Positions 48,467-61,345 are shown, counted from the stretch's first letter. The stretch is 64,000 bases of DNA from Leptospiraceae bacterium (GCA_040217195.1 JAVJNR010000008.1:448001-512000), one strand, 5' to 3'. Notes: a model not told the origin generated them from the letters alone. Made by a program: numbers and translations.

Positions 48467-51400
48467 GTGTCAGAAATGCGAGTCAGCCGCTTATTTACGT
48501 CCCAGATCCAGGACGCGCCCGCCCTGGAATCTTATGATAATCCCCAGGAGCAATCCCGTATTCGGGAGCTCTTCAAATGGACCCGTCGTACATCCAGAAT
48601 TGTGAACCCGGATGGTACTGTGGTCTTTGAAGCCAGAGATGTAGAGGTACCGGAGCAATGGTCTCAGGTAGCCCTGGATATTCTGGCTCAGAAGTATTTT
48701 CGCAAAGCCGGTGTGCCCCGCTACAGCAAAGCCATAGCCGAAGAAGGTGTTCCTGCATGGTTGCAGCGCCGAGAGCCTGACTACGATCGCCTGAATGAAC
48801 TCCCAGAGGATGAACGATTCGGTCCAGAAACCAGTGCATTGCAGGTATTTCATCGTCTGGCCGGTTGCTGGACCTACTGGGGATTCAAGAATGATTATTT
48901 CTCCAGCGAGCAAGACGCACTGGCATTCTATGAAGAAATGATGTTTATGCTGGCGAATCAAATCTCCGCGCCAAATTCGCCGCAATGGTTTAATACAGGT
49001 CTACACTGGGCCTATGGTATTGATGGAAAGGGCCAGGGCCATTATTACGTGGATCCAGCCACCCAGGAATTAATTCGTTCCCAGAGTGCTTATGAGCGCC
49101 CTCAACCCCATGCATGCTTTATTCAGTCTGTGGGCGATGATCTGGTATCTGATGGAGGCATCATGGATCTCTGGGTCCGAGAAGCCCGATTGTTCAAGTA
49201 TGGTTCCGGCACAGGGACAAACTTCTCCAGTCTACGTGCAGAAGGCGAACCTCTGAGCGGAGGCGGCAAAAGCTCAGGATTGATGAGTTTTCTCAAGATT
49301 GGCGACCGGGCTGCCGGGGCGATCAAATCCGGCGGCACTACCCGAAGAGCAGCGAAGATGGTATGTCTGGACATGGATCATCCAGATATCGAAGAATTCA
49401 TAGGCTGGAAAGTAATCGAAGAGCAAAAGGTACTCTCACTGGTTGCCGGCTCCAAACTCGCAAACAGGCACCTGAACAATATCATGAAGATTGCTTCAGA
49501 AAGCGGAAGCGACCCTGCGAATAATGCAGACCTGAAGAAAGCCATTATCGAGGCCCGAAAGTCGGAAATTTCCGAAAACTATATTCGTCGCGTTCTGGAC
49601 CTGGTAGATCAAGGGCACAGTTCAATTCTGTTTGAAGAGCTAACCACTGACTGGCAATCCAGAGCCTATCAGACCGTCTCCGGTCAGAATTCCAACAACT
49701 CCGTGCGAATCAACGGCGAGTTTATGAATGCCGTAGAGAACGATGGAGACTGGGGTCTTTACTGGAGAACAGAAAAGGAAATCGCAGCGGAGCAAAATCG
49801 AAAACCTACTGCGATTCGCACAGTAAAAGCGCGAAATCTCTGGGAGGAGATTTCCTTCGCCGCCTGGGCCAGTGCCGATCCAGGAGTACAGTTTGATACA
49901 ACCATCAATGAATGGCATACCTGCCCCGAAGACGGCCCCATTCGAGCCTCCAACCCCTGCTCTGAATACATGTTTCTGGACAATACGGCCTGCAACCTGG
50001 CCAGCCTGAACCTGATTCGCTTTTTGAACGAGCAAACAGGAGAAGTGGATGATATAGCACTTCGTCATGCAGCCCGATTGTGGACCATCGTTCTGGAAAT
50101 TTCTGTGACTATGGCACAGTTTCCGTCCAGAGAAATCGCGGACCTTTCCTATAAGTACCGTACACTGGGTCTTGGATATGCAAACCTGGGCAGCCTGCTT
50201 ATGGTTCTGGGTATCCCCTACGATTCCGATGAAGCTCGTTCTATGGCAGGAGCCATTACAGCCATCCTGCACATGACAGCGGCGGCCACCAGTGCAGAGA
50301 TGTCGGAACGTTTGGGCCCCTTCGCAGGATTTGAAGCCAACCGTGAGCATATGCTGCGAGTTTTTCGCAATCACCGCCGAGCGGTGTACAATGAAGCTCC
50401 TGAATCCTATGAAGGTTTGAGCATTACTCCTGTGGGAATCGATGGTTCCATCTGCCCGGAAAACCTGTATATGGCGGCCAGAGATGAAGCGGATCGCGCT
50501 CTGCAAATGGGCGAGAAGCATGGCTACAGAAATGCTCAAATGACTGTAATTGCTCCCACCGGAACAATCGGTCTGGTAATGGATTGCGATACTACCGGTA
50601 TAGAACCGGACTTTGCTCTTGTTAAATTCAAGAAGCTGGCCGGCGGCGGATACTTTAAGATTATCAATCAGTCGGTTCCACCGGCCCTGCGTAGACTGGG
50701 CTACAACGAGGAGCAGATTGCAGATATAATCAACCATACCACTGGCCATAGAAGTCTGAAAGGGTCTCCTCATATTAATCCGGAGTCTTTGAAGGAAAAA
50801 GGATTCACCGATGAAGTACTTGCGAAGCTGGAAGATGAACTACCTTCAGCATTCGACATTTCCTTCGTTTTCAATGCTTTCACCCTGGGTGAAGACTTTG
50901 TAAGAAATACATTGAAAGCCGGTGATCAGGTAATGCAGCCTGGTTTTCAACTTCTAGAATTCCTGGGCTTTAACAGAGAACAGATTCGCCTGGCAAATGA
51001 TTATGTAACCGGAACCATGACTATTGAAGGTGCTCCTCATCTGAAAGAAGAGCATTACCCGGTTTTCGACTGTGCCAACAAATGCGGTCGGTACGGTAAG
51101 CGATACCTCTCCTGGCAATCCCATGTTAAGATGATGGCATCGGCTCAGCCTTTCATATCTGGTGCGATTTCCAAAACCATCAACCTTCCCATGGAAGCTT
51201 CCATCGAAGATGTAAAACAGGCTTACTGGCTCAGCTGGAAGTTGATGAACAAGGCCATTGCCCTTTACAGAGATGGATCCAAACTATCCCAGCCTCTGAA
51301 TGTTCTCAGCGATGAAGATTTTGAGGAAGAAAGCCAGGCTACTGAACCCACTGTGAAAGAAGTAGAGAAGATTCTCTATAAGTATATAGCCAAACGTCGT

Positions 51401-52138
51401 CGATTGCCTGCACGACGGGCCGGATATACACAGAAGGCATCGGTAGGTGGGCATAAAGTCTACATTCGCACCGGCGAATATGAAGATGGAGCTCTGGGCG
51501 AAGTCTTCCTGGATATGCATAAAGAAGGAGCGGCCTTTCGCTCTTTGATGAACTGCTTTGCAATTGCTATATCCCTGGGCCTTCAGTACGGAGTGCCTCT
51601 GGAAGAATTTGTGGAGGCCTTTGTATTCACCAGGTTCGAACCTAATGGCATGGTTATGGGAAATCCCCATATCAAAATGTCCACATCTATCATCGATTAC
51701 ATCTTCCGCGAACTGGCCATTACCTACCTCGGTCGTTACGACCTGGCCCAGGTGGAACCAGAAGACATTCGGCCGGATGTGGTTAGTTCCCGGGACACCC
51801 CGGCACCAAATAAAGTGCCTGCCGGAGCCAGCGCCTCGGCGGAAGCTACGACCAGTACAGTTCCGTCCGTCACAGAAATGTCCGCCCCTTCATCGAAGGC
51901 AGCTGCAGCCGACGAAGATAAATCAGCCATGATGGAGCTTTCATTCATGAAAGGATCCGGTGGAAGCCAGGCATCTGCTTCCGGAACATCCGCCGTGGCC
52001 GAGATGGATCTCAGCACTGTTGCCAAACTGAAAGGCTATGAGGGAGATCCCTGCCCGGAATGCGGTCAGTTCACTCTGGTGAGAAATGGTACCTGCCTGA
52101 AGTGTAACTCCTGCGGATCCACTACAGGATGCAGCTAG
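48467..52138 (+). CDS. nrdJ: Adenosylcobalamin-dependent (class II) ribonucleotide reductase
   Basis: [50 protein letters not shown]-terminal TSCPD-like domain and CPEC...CNSC zinc ribbon. Confidence 0.96.
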   Translation: MSEMRVSRLFTSQIQDAPALESYDNPQEQSRIRELFKWTRRTSRIVNPDGTVVFEARDVEVPEQWSQVALDILAQKYFRKAGVPRYSKAIAEEGVPAWLQRREPDYDRLNELPEDERFGPETSALQVFHRLAGCWTYWGFKNDYFSSEQDALAFYEEMMFMLANQISAPNSPQWFNTGLHWAYGIDGKGQGHYYVDPATQELIRSQSAYERPQPHACFIQSVGDDLVSDGGIMDLWVREARLFKYGSGTGTNFSSLRAEGEPLSGGGKSSGLMSFLKIGDRAAGAIKSGGTTRRAAKMVCLDMDHPDIEEFIGWKVIEEQKVLSLVAGSKLANRHLNNIMKIASESGSDPANNADLKKAIIEARKSEISENYIRRVLDLVDQGHSSILFEELTTDWQSRAYQTVSGQNSNNSVRINGEFMNAVENDGDWGLYWRTEKEIAAEQNRKPTAIRTVKARNLWEEISFAAWASADPGVQFDTTINEWHTCPEDGPIRASNPCSEYMFLDNTACNLASLNLIRFLNEQTGEVDDIALRHAARLWTIVLEISVTMAQFPSREIADLSYKYRTLGLGYANLGSLLMVLGIPYDSDEARSMAGAITAILHMTAAATSAEMSERLGPFAGFEANREHMLRVFRNHRRAVYNEAPESYEGLSITPVGIDGSICPENLYMAARDEADRALQMGEKHGYRNAQMTVIAPTGTIGLVMDCDTTGIEPDFALVKFKKLAGGGYFKIINQSVPPALRRLGYNEEQIADIINHTTGHRSLKGSPHINPESLKEKGFTDEVLAKLEDELPSAFDISFVFNAFTLGEDFVRNTLKAGDQVMQPGFQLLEFLGFNREQIRLANDYVTGTMTIEGAPHLKEEHYPVFDCANKCGRYGKRYLSWQSHVKMMASAQPFISGAISKTINLPMEASIEDVKQAYWLSWKLMNKAIALYRDGSKLSQPLNVLSDEDFEEESQATEPTVKEVEKILYKYIAKRRRLPARRAGYTQKASVGGHKVYIRTGEYEDGALGEVFLDMHKEGAAFRSLMNCFAIAISLGLQYGVPLEEFVEAFVFTRFEPNGMVMGNPHIKMSTSIIDYIFRELAITYLGRYDLAQVEPEDIRPDVVSSRDTPAPNKVPAGASASAEATTSTVPSVTEMSAPSSKAAAADEDKSAMMELSFMKGSGGSQASASGTSAVAEMDLSTVAKLKGYEGDPCPECGQFTLVRNGTCLKCNSCGSTTGCS

Positions 52139-52197
52139 GATTCCCGTTCAAAACGAGTAGATGAATGGTAGATTCGACTCTGCCGTTTCCCAATACG

Positions 52198-52227
52198 AAG
52201 CCCGGCATCCAGCCGGGCTTTTCTTTT
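52198..52227 (+). terminator. Rho-independent terminator of nrdJ
   Basis: aagcccggc-atcca-gccgggctt stem followed by ttctttt. Confidence 0.85.
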
Positions 52228-52518
52228 GATTCATATTTTCATTAAACCTGCACCCATTTTTGAAGCGTTGCCTCAAAAGGATCACCGTTGTATGAATCCC
52301 GGCAGCGCCTTAATGCATTTAAGCTCTGCCGGCACGCTGCGCTAACTCCCGGGACTTTGTCCCAATTTTACTTCAGATATGAGTTTTGGCTCCGTGTCGC
52401 ATAGCCCGGTATGAACGTTCGCGGGCGACTCGGCGGTCCAGCCTGAAAAATAAACGACCCGGGTTCGCCTAATTCCAGATGGGCGGGCAAATGCGAACCC
52501 CGGCTGGACCGAATCAGA

Positions 52519-52547
52519 TTGACAAACAGTATTGGGCCCGGTATGAT
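52519..52547 (+). promoter_or_regulatory. Near-consensus sigma70 promoter with no downstream sense CDS
   Basis: TTGACA-N17-TATGAT pointing toward the 3' end of lysS. Confidence 0.6.
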
Positions 52548-52666
52548 TTTAATCGGGGGCTCCATCCGAGTTCGGCTTATACCACGGATCAATCACACTA
52601 AACGAACCCTGTGGCGTAGATCCGGCAGGGCCCGGTGCTTTTCATTCAGCCCCGTATCCGGCAAAC

Positions 52667-54298
52667 CTACTTCTCTGTGTGCTCCGGCCTCATCAAAGGA
52701 AATAGAATAGTATCTCGAATGGATTTAGAATTCGTAAGTAGCATTACCAGTCGATCGATGCCTATCCCCATTCCTCCAGCCGGAGGCATTCCATATTCCA
52801 GCGCTCTAACATAGTCCAGATCCATATAGCCGGCTTCTTCATCGCCCGCTTCGCGCATTTCAACTTGCTTTTGAAAACGTTCCCGCTGATCCAGAGGGTC
52901 GTTGAGCTCTGAAAATGCATTTCCCATTTCTCGACCGGTAATATATGGCTCGAATCGATCCACCACAGACGGATCCTCCGGATTCGCTTTGGCAAGTGGA
53001 GAAAGCTCCCGAGGGAATTGAGTAATGAATACTGGCTGAATTAGGTTGGCTTCGACCTTTTCATCGAAGAGGCATTCAGCAACCTTCCAGACAGAATCGC
53101 AGGCCTGTAAATCCTTCTCGGAAACACCGGCTTTTTTGGCCTTTTCTTTCAATTCACTTAAATCGGTGGCAGCGGTTACTTTTATTCCGGAATGCTTTTC
53201 AATGGCATCCACATAGGGAATCCGGGGCCAGGGAGGAGTAAGATCGATTTCTTCTTCGCCGTAGGGAATCTTCAAACTACCATGGATCTCTTGAGTTACG
53301 CCGGTAATGAGAGTTTCACAGAGCTCCAGCATGGAATCCATAGAACCGTAGGATTCATAGACTTCCAGCATGGTAAATTCTGGATTATGTTTGTAGGATA
53401 TTCCCTCATTTCTGAAGTTTCGATTGATTTCAAAAACGCGAGGAACACCGCCCACCAGCAATCTCTTCAGATAGAGCTCGGGAGCGATTCGCAGAAACAA
53501 TTCCATATCCAGAGCATTATGATGGGTCTGAAATGGCCGCGCAGATGCCCCTCCCGGGATGACATGCATCATCGGGGTTTCCACTTCCAGAAAGTCCCTC
53601 TTCTCTAGAAAGCCGCGGATCCAGGAGATGATTCTACTTCTGGTTCGAAAGGTATCCCGGACTTCCGGGTTTACGATCAAATCCACATATCGCTGACGAT
53701 ATCTCTGCTCTTTATCCGCAAAAGCATCGTAGACTTTGCCATCTGCTTCCTTGACCACAGGCAGAGGTCTCAGGCATTTTGAAACAAGCTCCAGCTCGGT
53801 CACATGAAGGGTGCGCTCTCCCATTTTCGTTACGAATGGATAGCCGGCCACTCCTACAATGTCTCCCAGATCCAGAGATTTGAATACATCGAAGTTGATT
53901 CCAGGTTCATCCTTGCGTCCGTAAATCTGAACCCTTCCCGATTCATCCACCAGATCCATAAATCCGGCTTTACCCATCATTCTTTTAGAGCGAATTCGAC
54001 CGGCCATTCGAAAGACAGGCTGCTTTTCAATATCGCCTTCAGGTAAATCATGAACATTCCGTGCCAGAGAGTCCGGTTTGAAGTATTTCTGATAAGGGTC
54101 GTACCCCTGGGCACGAAGCTTCTCCAGCTTCTCCAGCCGGGTTTCGAAAAGATCCCCGGAATCTTCGGCTGGGGACGGCTGGTTGCCCGCACTTTGCTTT
54201 TTTCCGGCGCTGCCGGATTCCGCATCTATTTTCTGTTTGGAACCTGGTTCCCCTGATCCTTTCCTGGCGCTGGACTGTTTCTTTGAATTATCTGACAC
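52667..54298 (-). CDS. lysS: Lysine--tRNA ligase (class II)
   Basis: [61 protein letters not shown]. Confidence 0.97.
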   Translation of the reverse strand: MSDNSKKQSSARKGSGEPGSKQKIDAESGSAGKKQSAGNQPSPAEDSGDLFETRLEKLEKLRAQGYDPYQKYFKPDSLARNVHDLPEGDIEKQPVFRMAGRIRSKRMMGKAGFMDLVDESGRVQIYGRKDEPGINFDVFKSLDLGDIVGVAGYPFVTKMGERTLHVTELELVSKCLRPLPVVKEADGKVYDAFADKEQRYRQRYVDLIVNPEVRDTFRTRSRIISWIRGFLEKRDFLEVETPMMHVIPGGASARPFQTHHNALDMELFLRIAPELYLKRLLVGGVPRVFEINRNFRNEGISYKHNPEFTMLEVYESYGSMDSMLELCETLITGVTQEIHGSLKIPYGEEEIDLTPPWPRIPYVDAIEKHSGIKVTAATDLSELKEKAKKAGVSEKDLQACDSVWKVAECLFDEKVEANLIQPVFITQFPRELSPLAKANPEDPSVVDRFEPYITGREMGNAFSELNDPLDQRERFQKQVEMREAGDEEAGYMDLDYVRALEYGMPPAGGMGIGIDRLVMLLTNSKSIRDTILFPLMRPEHTEK

Positions 54299-54543
54299 GG
54301 AATCCTCCCTGCTTGAGCAAGAACTGACAGCACCGGTGATCGTAAACTGAAAAATGCCAGGAAAGGGGCTCCTCTAGACCGACGGGCTGGAAGGGGTTCG
54401 GCCAATCGCTCTTATTTTCGAGCTATGCTGGGTACACTTTTCATTCTATCGTCATGGATCCGTTTCCAGGTGTAATTCAGGAAGTCCTGGTGCAGGGCAA
54501 AAGAATTGACATACCCTCCCCATTTTAAGTTTTAACTAATATT

Positions 54544-55566
54544 ATGGGCCTTTTCACCAGGCTACAGGACTCCCTGGATAGAAACGTTCGGCAACCGGGC
54601 CAGGAACGGTTGACCATCATGGTTATCCCTCATGGCCAGGAGAAGATATTCTCTCTTCAATTGAACTGGCTGATGATTGCATTTCTATCGGGCATTTTGA
54701 TGCTGGCCGTGGGTCTTTCCGTGTACGGTATATATCTGCATGCGGCCCGACAGAGAGAAATCCAGAGACTGAAAGATCTTTACGGTCTTAACTATACAGC
54801 CACTCTTAAAATCCAAAAACAGCAAGAAGAACTGCGAAATCTCCAGAAGCAGATCAGCGCCAATGTGGATGAGATTGCAGTTACTCTGGGAACCGATCCC
54901 GAGGAACTGGAAGCATTTTCTACATTATCTCAGGCAAGAGATGAAGCATCCGGGGAATTATTCCGGGAAATCACGGGCCGAGTGGATATGGGACCGGGCA
55001 CAAGGTATCTGGAACCCATCTATGCGATGAAGACCTTGAACAACTATCTGGATGATCGTTCCAGGTTACTTGAATCCACCGGTTTTCGTATTAAGAAAGG
55101 ATTGAATGTTTATCAGTCCATGCCTCTGGGGCGCCCAGGACCTACCAGCCTCTGGGATTCATCAAGGTTCGGAATGCGAATCGATCCGATTACCCGGGCA
55201 GTGATGGAGTTTCACTCTGGCTTCGACATGAGCGGAGCCCATGGAACACCCATCCAAGCCACCGGCGATGGAGTAGTTCATAGAGTCCTGGTTTATGATC
55301 CAGGCTATGGAAATGCAGTGATCATACGTCATGACAATGGCTTCTACTCTATGTATGCCCATCTCTACAGGGCTAACGTCAAGGTAGGACAAAGAATTCA
55401 TCGCGGCGATCGAGTGGGCCTGATGGGTCGCACTGGACGAGTCACAGGTACTCACCTCCACTATGAAGTCTGGGTTGGAGAAAGTCAGAGAGTGGATCCT
55501 CTACCTTATGTATGCTCCATAGACCTGGACAGTTCAACCTGCAAGAGCTTTGTCCGGGGGGAATAG
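54544..55566 (+). CDS. M23-family metallopeptidase with TM anchor and coiled coil
   Basis: TIMVIPH, TM helix, HSGFD (HxxxD), GYGN, YAHL, TGTHLHYEV. Confidence 0.92.
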   Translation: MGLFTRLQDSLDRNVRQPGQERLTIMVIPHGQEKIFSLQLNWLMIAFLSGILMLAVGLSVYGIYLHAARQREIQRLKDLYGLNYTATLKIQKQQEELRNLQKQISANVDEIAVTLGTDPEELEAFSTLSQARDEASGELFREITGRVDMGPGTRYLEPIYAMKTLNNYLDDRSRLLESTGFRIKKGLNVYQSMPLGRPGPTSLWDSSRFGMRIDPITRAVMEFHSGFDMSGAHGTPIQATGDGVVHRVLVYDPGYGNAVIIRHDNGFYSMYAHLYRANVKVGQRIHRGDRVGLMGRTGRVTGTHLHYEVWVGESQRVDPLPYVCSIDLDSSTCKSFVRGE

Positions 55567-55952
55567 TCTGCACAGAATTCTTTCCAGCCGGCATTTCGAC
55601 CAGCTATAGCCGTTCCTGGCGGTGCCATCGTATCGTCTGCACTAATGTTTCAGACTATTATTTAGCGGATTCTTTCGCTCAAGCCGGCCCATGCCCCGAA
55701 GCAGTCGGTCCGGGTTCCATCGATGGCAAAACGGCCAGCAAACCCGGGCGGTCAGCCATAAATACATATCCATCGAATGGATTCTCATCCAGAATCTTGA
55801 ATTTTCTTTAAAGGGCCTATGGTGCGCAGTTTCGCCCCAGATTGCTTCACGGATAAACATACCGCAAATTTCCCGCCTCGACCAGTAGAATCTTGCAGTT
55901 CCAGAAATACTCATGGACAGTCCGCCCTGCCCGGGCGATCCTGTCACCGTTT

Positions 55953-58900
55953 ATGCCTCGTAGAACAGACATCAAATCCATCCTTATACCCGGAAGCGGT
56001 CCCATCATTATTGGCCAGGCTTGCGAATTCGACTACAGCGGTACTCAGGCCTGTCGCGTACTGAAGCAAGAGGGGTTTCGCACCATTCTATTCAATAGTA
56101 ATCCAGCAACCATTATGACGGATCCGGCTCTGGCAGATGCCACCTACATTGAGCCCATGACTCCGGAAATCATGATTCAGATTCTGGATAAAGAAAAGCC
56201 GGATGCAATCCTTCCTACCGTGGGCGGTCAGACAGCTCTAAACCTGGTGATGGAACTGAATCGACGGGGCGAAATCGAAAAAAGAGGAATCAAACTCATT
56301 GGAGCCAACGTTGAAGCCATCGAAAAGGCTGAAAGTCGATCCAGATTCAAACAGGCCATGAAAGATATTGGCCTGGCCGTTCCAGAATCGGAACTATGCG
56401 ATAGCTACCAGGAGGCCCTGGAATTTCGCAAGCGCATGGGACTGCCCTTGATTATTCGACCATCGTTTACCCTGGGAGGTACCGGTGGTGGTATGGCTTT
56501 CGACGATCAGCAATTTGAAGATATTTGCAAAGGCGGACTGGATGCATCTCCCACACATCAGATTCTGGTAGAGCAGTCTATCCTTGGCTGGAAAGAGTAC
56601 GAACTGGAGGTCATGCGTGACCTGGCAGATAACGTGGTCATCATTTGCAGCATTGAGAACCTGGACCCAATGGGGGTTCATACAGGGGACTCCATCACGG
56701 TTGCACCTCAGCAAACCCTGTCAGACGTTCAGTATCAGGCCATGCGCGATGCTTCCTTGCTCATCATCCGGGAAATTGGTGTAGAAACCGGAGGCTCCAA
56801 CATCCAGTTTGCCGTAAATCCGGCTAACGGCGAAATTGCAGTCATTGAAATGAATCCCAGAGTTAGCCGTTCATCGGCTCTGGCCAGTAAGGCCACCGGC
56901 TTTCCAATCGCAAAAATCGCAGCTTTGCTGGCTGTAGGCTACAGTCTGGATGAGATCTCCAACGATATTACGGGAGTCACTCCAGCCAGCTTCGAACCAA
57001 CTATCGACTATGTAGTCACCAAAATCCCCAGGTTTACCTTTGAAAAATTTCCAGGAAGCAATGACTCTCTGGGCAGTATGATGAAATCTGTGGGCGAAAC
57101 CATGTCCATTGGTCGAACTTTCGCAGAGTCCTTTCAAAAGGCATTTCGCTCCCTGGAAACGGGCCGCTACGGCTATGGCTCGGATGGTAACCTGGATGAG
57201 CTGTTCAAAGTTCATGAACTTCGCAAAGAAGGTACGTTACAAGCCTACCTGGAAGACAGTCTGAGTCGAGCCAATCCAGGAAGAATTCTGAATGTAAGAC
57301 TTGCCATGGATCTGGATATCAATGGTGAGCTTCAATTCCCGGTAGAAAAAATTCAGAAACTGACTATGATTGATCCCTGGTTTCTCTGGCAGATCCGGGA
57401 ACTTGCAGAAGCCGAGGCAACTTTCAAACCGCCAGAAACCGCCGAAGACATTAAAGGCTGGAAGGAATGGGGATACTCGGACCGGCAAATGGCCTATCTA
57501 ACGGAGCGTGAGCGAATTCTATCCATTGTAGCTGATGAGAAAAAAAGACTGGAAGATCGAAGAACTGAAATCATTGAAATTCTGGACAATGCGGAAGCGG
57601 ATTTCACCAAAAAGCGAAAGGATTTTAACATTAGACCTGTATTTCGCAGAGTAGATACCTGCGGAGGAGAATTCGAAGCCAAAACTCCTTATCTGTATTC
57701 AGCCTACGAAGACATGGATGAATCCAACGTAGATCAGGATACCGGCCGAAAGGTAATGATCCTGGGCGGCGGTCCCAACCGCATTGGCCAGGGAATTGAA
57801 TTCGATTATTGCTGCTGCCATGCGGCCTATGCGCTGGATGATCTGGGAATCACTTCTATTATGGTGAATTCCAATCCAGAGACCGTATCAACGGACTACG
57901 ACACTTCAGACAAGCTATACTTTGAACCACTAACCTTTGAAGATGTGGTTCATATTTGCGAAAATGAAAAGCCAGATGGAATCATCGTTCAATTTGGAGG
58001 TCAGACTCCGCTGAAGTTGGCTTCCAAGTTACAGAAAGCTGGTCTGCCAATCATTGGAACCTCTCCGGATTCCATTGACCGGGCCGAAGATAGAGATCGT
58101 TTCAGCGAAATGATCAACAAGCTGGGTCTGAAACAGCCGGATAACGGTTTTGCCCGAAACTTCGATGAAGCATTGACCACGGTTGAAAAGATTGGCTATC
58201 CCTGTCTGGTTCGTCCCAGCTACGTTCTTGGGGGCCGGGCCATGGCCATTGTGCATGATCGTGCAGGACTGGAGCAATTTATGCAGCAGGCTGCCACCAT
58301 CAATCCAGAACATCCTATATTGATTGACCGGTTTCTGGAAGGCGCTGTTGAGATCGATGTAGATGCACTTTCAGACGGAGAAGATGTATTTGTTGCCGGA
58401 ATCATGCAGCACATTGAAGAAGCTGGAGTGCACTCCGGAGATTCAGCCTGTGTTCTTCCTCCTCAGGATATCAAACCCGCTCTCATAGATGAGATTAAAG
58501 AGGCAACAACGAAGCTCGCCCGGGAGCTGGATGTTAAAGGCCTGATCAATGTTCAGTATGCAATTCAGGATGATGAGCTCTATCTAATTGAGGTTAATCC
58601 CAGGGCCTCCAGAACCGTTCCCTTTGTAAGCAAGTCCATCGGTGTACCTCTGGCCAATCTGGCCACTCGTATCATGTGCGGACAGAAGCTAAAAGAAGTT
58701 CTGCCCAGCCCACCGGAAAAGACGGACTATGTTTCCGTAAAGGAAGCCGTTCTTCCATTCTCCAGGTTTCCAGGGGCTGATATTATACTGGGACCGGAAA
58801 TGAAATCCACCGGCGAGGTGATGGGCATTTCAACTACGTTCGAAGAGTCCTACATCAAAGCCATGCTGGGAGCCGGTGATCGCATCCCCACGTCGAATCA

Positions 58901-59321
58901 GGGTGGAGTCTTTTTTAGCGTAAGCGATGATGCCAAGGAAGGACTGGTCAATGAAGCCAGGATCCTGACGGAGCTTGGATACAGACTGTTTGGCACCTCC
59001 GGAACGGCCAACTTTCTCAAAAAACATGGCATTGAAGCAGAAACTCTGTACAAGCTAAAAGAAAAGAAATCCCCGAACGCCCTGGATGAAGTGAAGAATG
59101 GAGCCATCAAGGTCATCATTAACATTCCTCAGCCAAATGCAGACACCAGGGATGATGCTTTCCAGATTCGTCAGGAAGCCATTCGAAATCGAGTTCTGTG
59201 TATCACTACCGTGGATGGGGCCCGAGCTTTTGCCAATGGACTGAAGAAAGTAAGTCAGACCTCCTTCACAGTGCATAGTCTTCAGGAGATTCATGGCCCG
59301 CAAGTCGCGGAAATCCCCTGA
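55953..59321 (+). CDS. carB: Carbamoyl-phosphate synthase large subunit
   Basis: [21 protein letters not shown], two ATP-grasp halves ([19 protein letters not shown]), C-terminal MGS domain. Confidence 0.97.
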   Translation: MPRRTDIKSILIPGSGPIIIGQACEFDYSGTQACRVLKQEGFRTILFNSNPATIMTDPALADATYIEPMTPEIMIQILDKEKPDAILPTVGGQTALNLVMELNRRGEIEKRGIKLIGANVEAIEKAESRSRFKQAMKDIGLAVPESELCDSYQEALEFRKRMGLPLIIRPSFTLGGTGGGMAFDDQQFEDICKGGLDASPTHQILVEQSILGWKEYELEVMRDLADNVVIICSIENLDPMGVHTGDSITVAPQQTLSDVQYQAMRDASLLIIREIGVETGGSNIQFAVNPANGEIAVIEMNPRVSRSSALASKATGFPIAKIAALLAVGYSLDEISNDITGVTPASFEPTIDYVVTKIPRFTFEKFPGSNDSLGSMMKSVGETMSIGRTFAESFQKAFRSLETGRYGYGSDGNLDELFKVHELRKEGTLQAYLEDSLSRANPGRILNVRLAMDLDINGELQFPVEKIQKLTMIDPWFLWQIRELAEAEATFKPPETAEDIKGWKEWGYSDRQMAYLTERERILSIVADEKKRLEDRRTEIIEILDNAEADFTKKRKDFNIRPVFRRVDTCGGEFEAKTPYLYSAYEDMDESNVDQDTGRKVMILGGGPNRIGQGIEFDYCCCHAAYALDDLGITSIMVNSNPETVSTDYDTSDKLYFEPLTFEDVVHICENEKPDGIIVQFGGQTPLKLASKLQKAGLPIIGTSPDSIDRAEDRDRFSEMINKLGLKQPDNGFARNFDEALTTVEKIGYPCLVRPSYVLGGRAMAIVHDRAGLEQFMQQAATINPEHPILIDRFLEGAVEIDVDALSDGEDVFVAGIMQHIEEAGVHSGDSACVLPPQDIKPALIDEIKEATTKLARELDVKGLINVQYAIQDDELYLIEVNPRASRTVPFVSKSIGVPLANLATRIMCGQKLKEVLPSPPEKTDYVSVKEAVLPFSRFPGADIILGPEMKSTGEVMGISTTFEESYIKAMLGAGDRIPTSNQGGVFFSVSDDAKEGLVNEARILTELGYRLFGTSGTANFLKKHGIEAETLYKLKEKKSPNALDEVKNGAIKVIINIPQPNADTRDDAFQIRQEAIRNRVLCITTVDGARAFANGLKKVSQTSFTVHSLQEIHGPQVAEIP

Positions 59322-60681
59322 TTTGGCAGAGGGCCAGCAGCGGGATGCTCGTCCTTCCCGCAAAGAGGGACGAGTTCACCGGAAGAGCCAGGCCACCGTC
59401 GGTCCTTCCAGTCAGGAAAGGTCCCGGAAATCCTCTGCGAAGAACCCGGATGCAGTTCCAGGTCCCTCAGCGGCTCGACCTTCAAAGAAGAGTTCGACTT
59501 ATCGGTCACGTTCCGGGGCAGCCCGGCCAAATGGCCGGTCGCCAAAAAGATCTATAGCAACCAGCGAAAGGACAAAAACCAGCCAGACACAACACCGGTT
59601 GCCATCCAGGCCCAGAAGAATTCTATGGATTCCTGGCCTGGGTGCAGATCGCCGGATGTACGGAAAGTTAATTCATTTTCTCGATTCTCAGTCCGGCCCC
59701 TGGAAGCACCATCTAATTGACTTTCCCAACCAGAAGGAACTGCTCTCGAGAATCAAATCTCTTCAGGATCTTGCTGAAGTAACGCTTGCTGAAAGCATTC
59801 AGCCGTTGCAGGATCATGGCTACGAATCCAGGCCTCATTACGATACGGTGATCGGAGTCTCCATGGGAGGAATGATCGCTCAGATTCTAGTGGGACAGAA
59901 TCGCCTGCACACAGAAAATTTGATTTTGATATCCACTGCCTATAGAGGTCAGGATGTGAGGCAGCCATTTCTGGCTCTGGCCTGGATTCCTTCTCTGCTT
60001 CCAGGCTTTCTCCGTCGAATTGTACAATGGACAATAGGAACGGCCTATCCGCTCTTTCGCAGAAATGTCCAGGAAGCCAGAGAATATGCCCAGATGTTTC
60101 TGCAGTTCCCTCGAAAGATATTCTTCGAAGCGCCTCGGTGGATCAAAGGCTGGTCCGGCGAACCAGGATTACAGGCCACTATGGCCATGAAACCACTTCC
60201 TCCGGATAGCCATTCGGTTCGTGTTTTTCGCATCCATGGAACCTCGGACCCATTACTGTCCTACAAGAAAATTTCCAGCAGAATTCCCATCGATCTGACT
60301 TTCCCGGAAGGAAGCCATATCATTTTTGCCACCGAGGCCCGTTCCATTGCCAGAAAGCTAAAAGAATTTCTGGATGTGGGCCAGAAGAAACACTGGGACA
60401 CTCCTGCCAGAGAATCGAAAGCAACCAAGGGAAAACGAAAGACAAATGCCCACAAGCCAGAAGGTAAAAAGCCAGTTGCCAGAAAGCCGGATGGTTCCGA
60501 AGCTCTCAGGGCATCGAAGAAGACTGGAAAGTCCGGGCGAAAGTCCAGATCCAGAATGGAAGAGACTGCACAGAAGAAGAGCGAATTGAATTCTGATTCG
60601 AACAGGACTGCCAAAACTTCAGGCCGGCGAAGAAATCGCAGAAAGCAAAAAAAGGATCAGGGATCGCCGGCCGCTACCTGA
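59293..60681 (+). CDS. Alpha/beta hydrolase flanked by long basic low-complexity termini
   Basis: IPGLGAD, GVSMGG nucleophile elbow, HGTSD, GSH. Confidence 0.8.
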   Translation: MARKSRKSPDLAEGQQRDARPSRKEGRVHRKSQATVGPSSQERSRKSSAKNPDAVPGPSAARPSKKSSTYRSRSGAARPNGRSPKRSIATSERTKTSQTQHRLPSRPRRILWIPGLGADRRMYGKLIHFLDSQSGPWKHHLIDFPNQKELLSRIKSLQDLAEVTLAESIQPLQDHGYESRPHYDTVIGVSMGGMIAQILVGQNRLHTENLILISTAYRGQDVRQPFLALAWIPSLLPGFLRRIVQWTIGTAYPLFRRNVQEAREYAQMFLQFPRKIFFEAPRWIKGWSGEPGLQATMAMKPLPPDSHSVRVFRIHGTSDPLLSYKKISSRIPIDLTFPEGSHIIFATEARSIARKLKEFLDVGQKKHWDTPARESKATKGKRKTNAHKPEGKKPVARKPDGSEALRASKKTGKSGRKSRSRMEETAQKKSELNSDSNRTAKTSGRRRNRRKQKKDQGSPAAT

Positions 60682-60703
60682 ACGATCCCGGCCCGAAGCT
60701 AAT

Positions 60704-61345
60704 TCAAACCTCCAGAACTTCTTTTAGATGTTCCAGAATTACCGAGTTGTCCGGATCCTTCTTGAGCGCTTTGCTAAGTGCTTTTCTGGCGCTATCTTTA
60801 TTCCCTTTTCGGTTCAGAAAAACTCCAAAGCTGTCCAGATAGGCCGGATTATCAGGATTGGTTTCCATAGCTCTCTTGAGACAACGAAACGCTTCATCCA
60901 TCTCTTCGGGCTTTCCATAAAGGGTGATTAAATAACCCAGGGAATTGAGACTGTTCACATTGTCCGGATTCACCTGCAGCACCCTTCGATGTTGAGCAAT
61001 GGCATCCTTTAACCTGCCTTCCCTTTCGTAGACATAGGCAAGCATTCCCATCAGGGTTTCATCGGTGGTTTCTACTTTCAGTCGATCCATCAGAATGAAT
61101 CTAGCTTCTTCCCATTGCTCCAGTTGAATCTTGGCAAAGACTCTCAAAGCCTGAACCCTGCCAATGTCCACATAATTGGAGTATTGATCGATCAGTCCTT
61201 CCAGGGTTTCCAGGCATCGCTCGTAATTTTCCAGATAGAAATAGCAGATGCCCAGTTCATGCATATCCACCGGGCCGCCCCGTTCTTCGCGGATTACCTG
61301 TTTGAGGGAAAGTACCCTTTCTAGGATCTGACGTTCTCTATCCAT
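60704..61345 (-). CDS. Tetratricopeptide repeat protein
   Basis: TPR patterns (LAYVYE...AIAQ, NPDNVNSLNSLGY, NPAYLDSFG). Confidence 0.88.
   Translation of the reverse strand: MDRERQILERVLSLKQVIREERGGPVDMHELGICYFYLENYERCLETLEGLIDQYSNYVDIGRVQALRVFAKIQLEQWEEARFILMDRLKVETTDETLMGMLAYVYEREGRLKDAIAQHRRVLQVNPDNVNSLNSLGYLITLYGKPEEMDEAFRCLKRAMETNPDNPAYLDSFGVFLNRKGNKDSARKALSKALKKDPDNSVILEHLKEVLEV

Noticed and set aside
49640..50773. 377 aa antisense ORF inside nrdJ
   Set aside because: Fully overlaps a conserved gene on the opposite strand and has no recognisable motifs; typical shadow ORF. The same applies to the many shorter overlapping ORFs in the track.
48467..52138. Intein or intron in the large RNR gene
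   Set aside because: Motifs run continuously with no C...HN splice junction or LAGLIDADG block; the length is explained by the C-terminal domains.
52230..52666. tmRNA, SRP RNA or tRNA in the nrdJ-lysS gap
   Set aside because: The minus strand has ggggctga but lacks the tmRNA GATTCGAC and T-arm/CCA end. No SRP GGAA domain IV motif and no cloverleaf were found.
54506..54540. Sigma70 promoter for the M23 gene
   Set aside because: TTGACA is present, but no good -10 element lies at 16-18 nt spacing.
55567..55952. Small ORFs or attenuator upstream of carB
   Set aside because: The ORFs have implausible composition and no RBS; no terminator/antiterminator pair was found.
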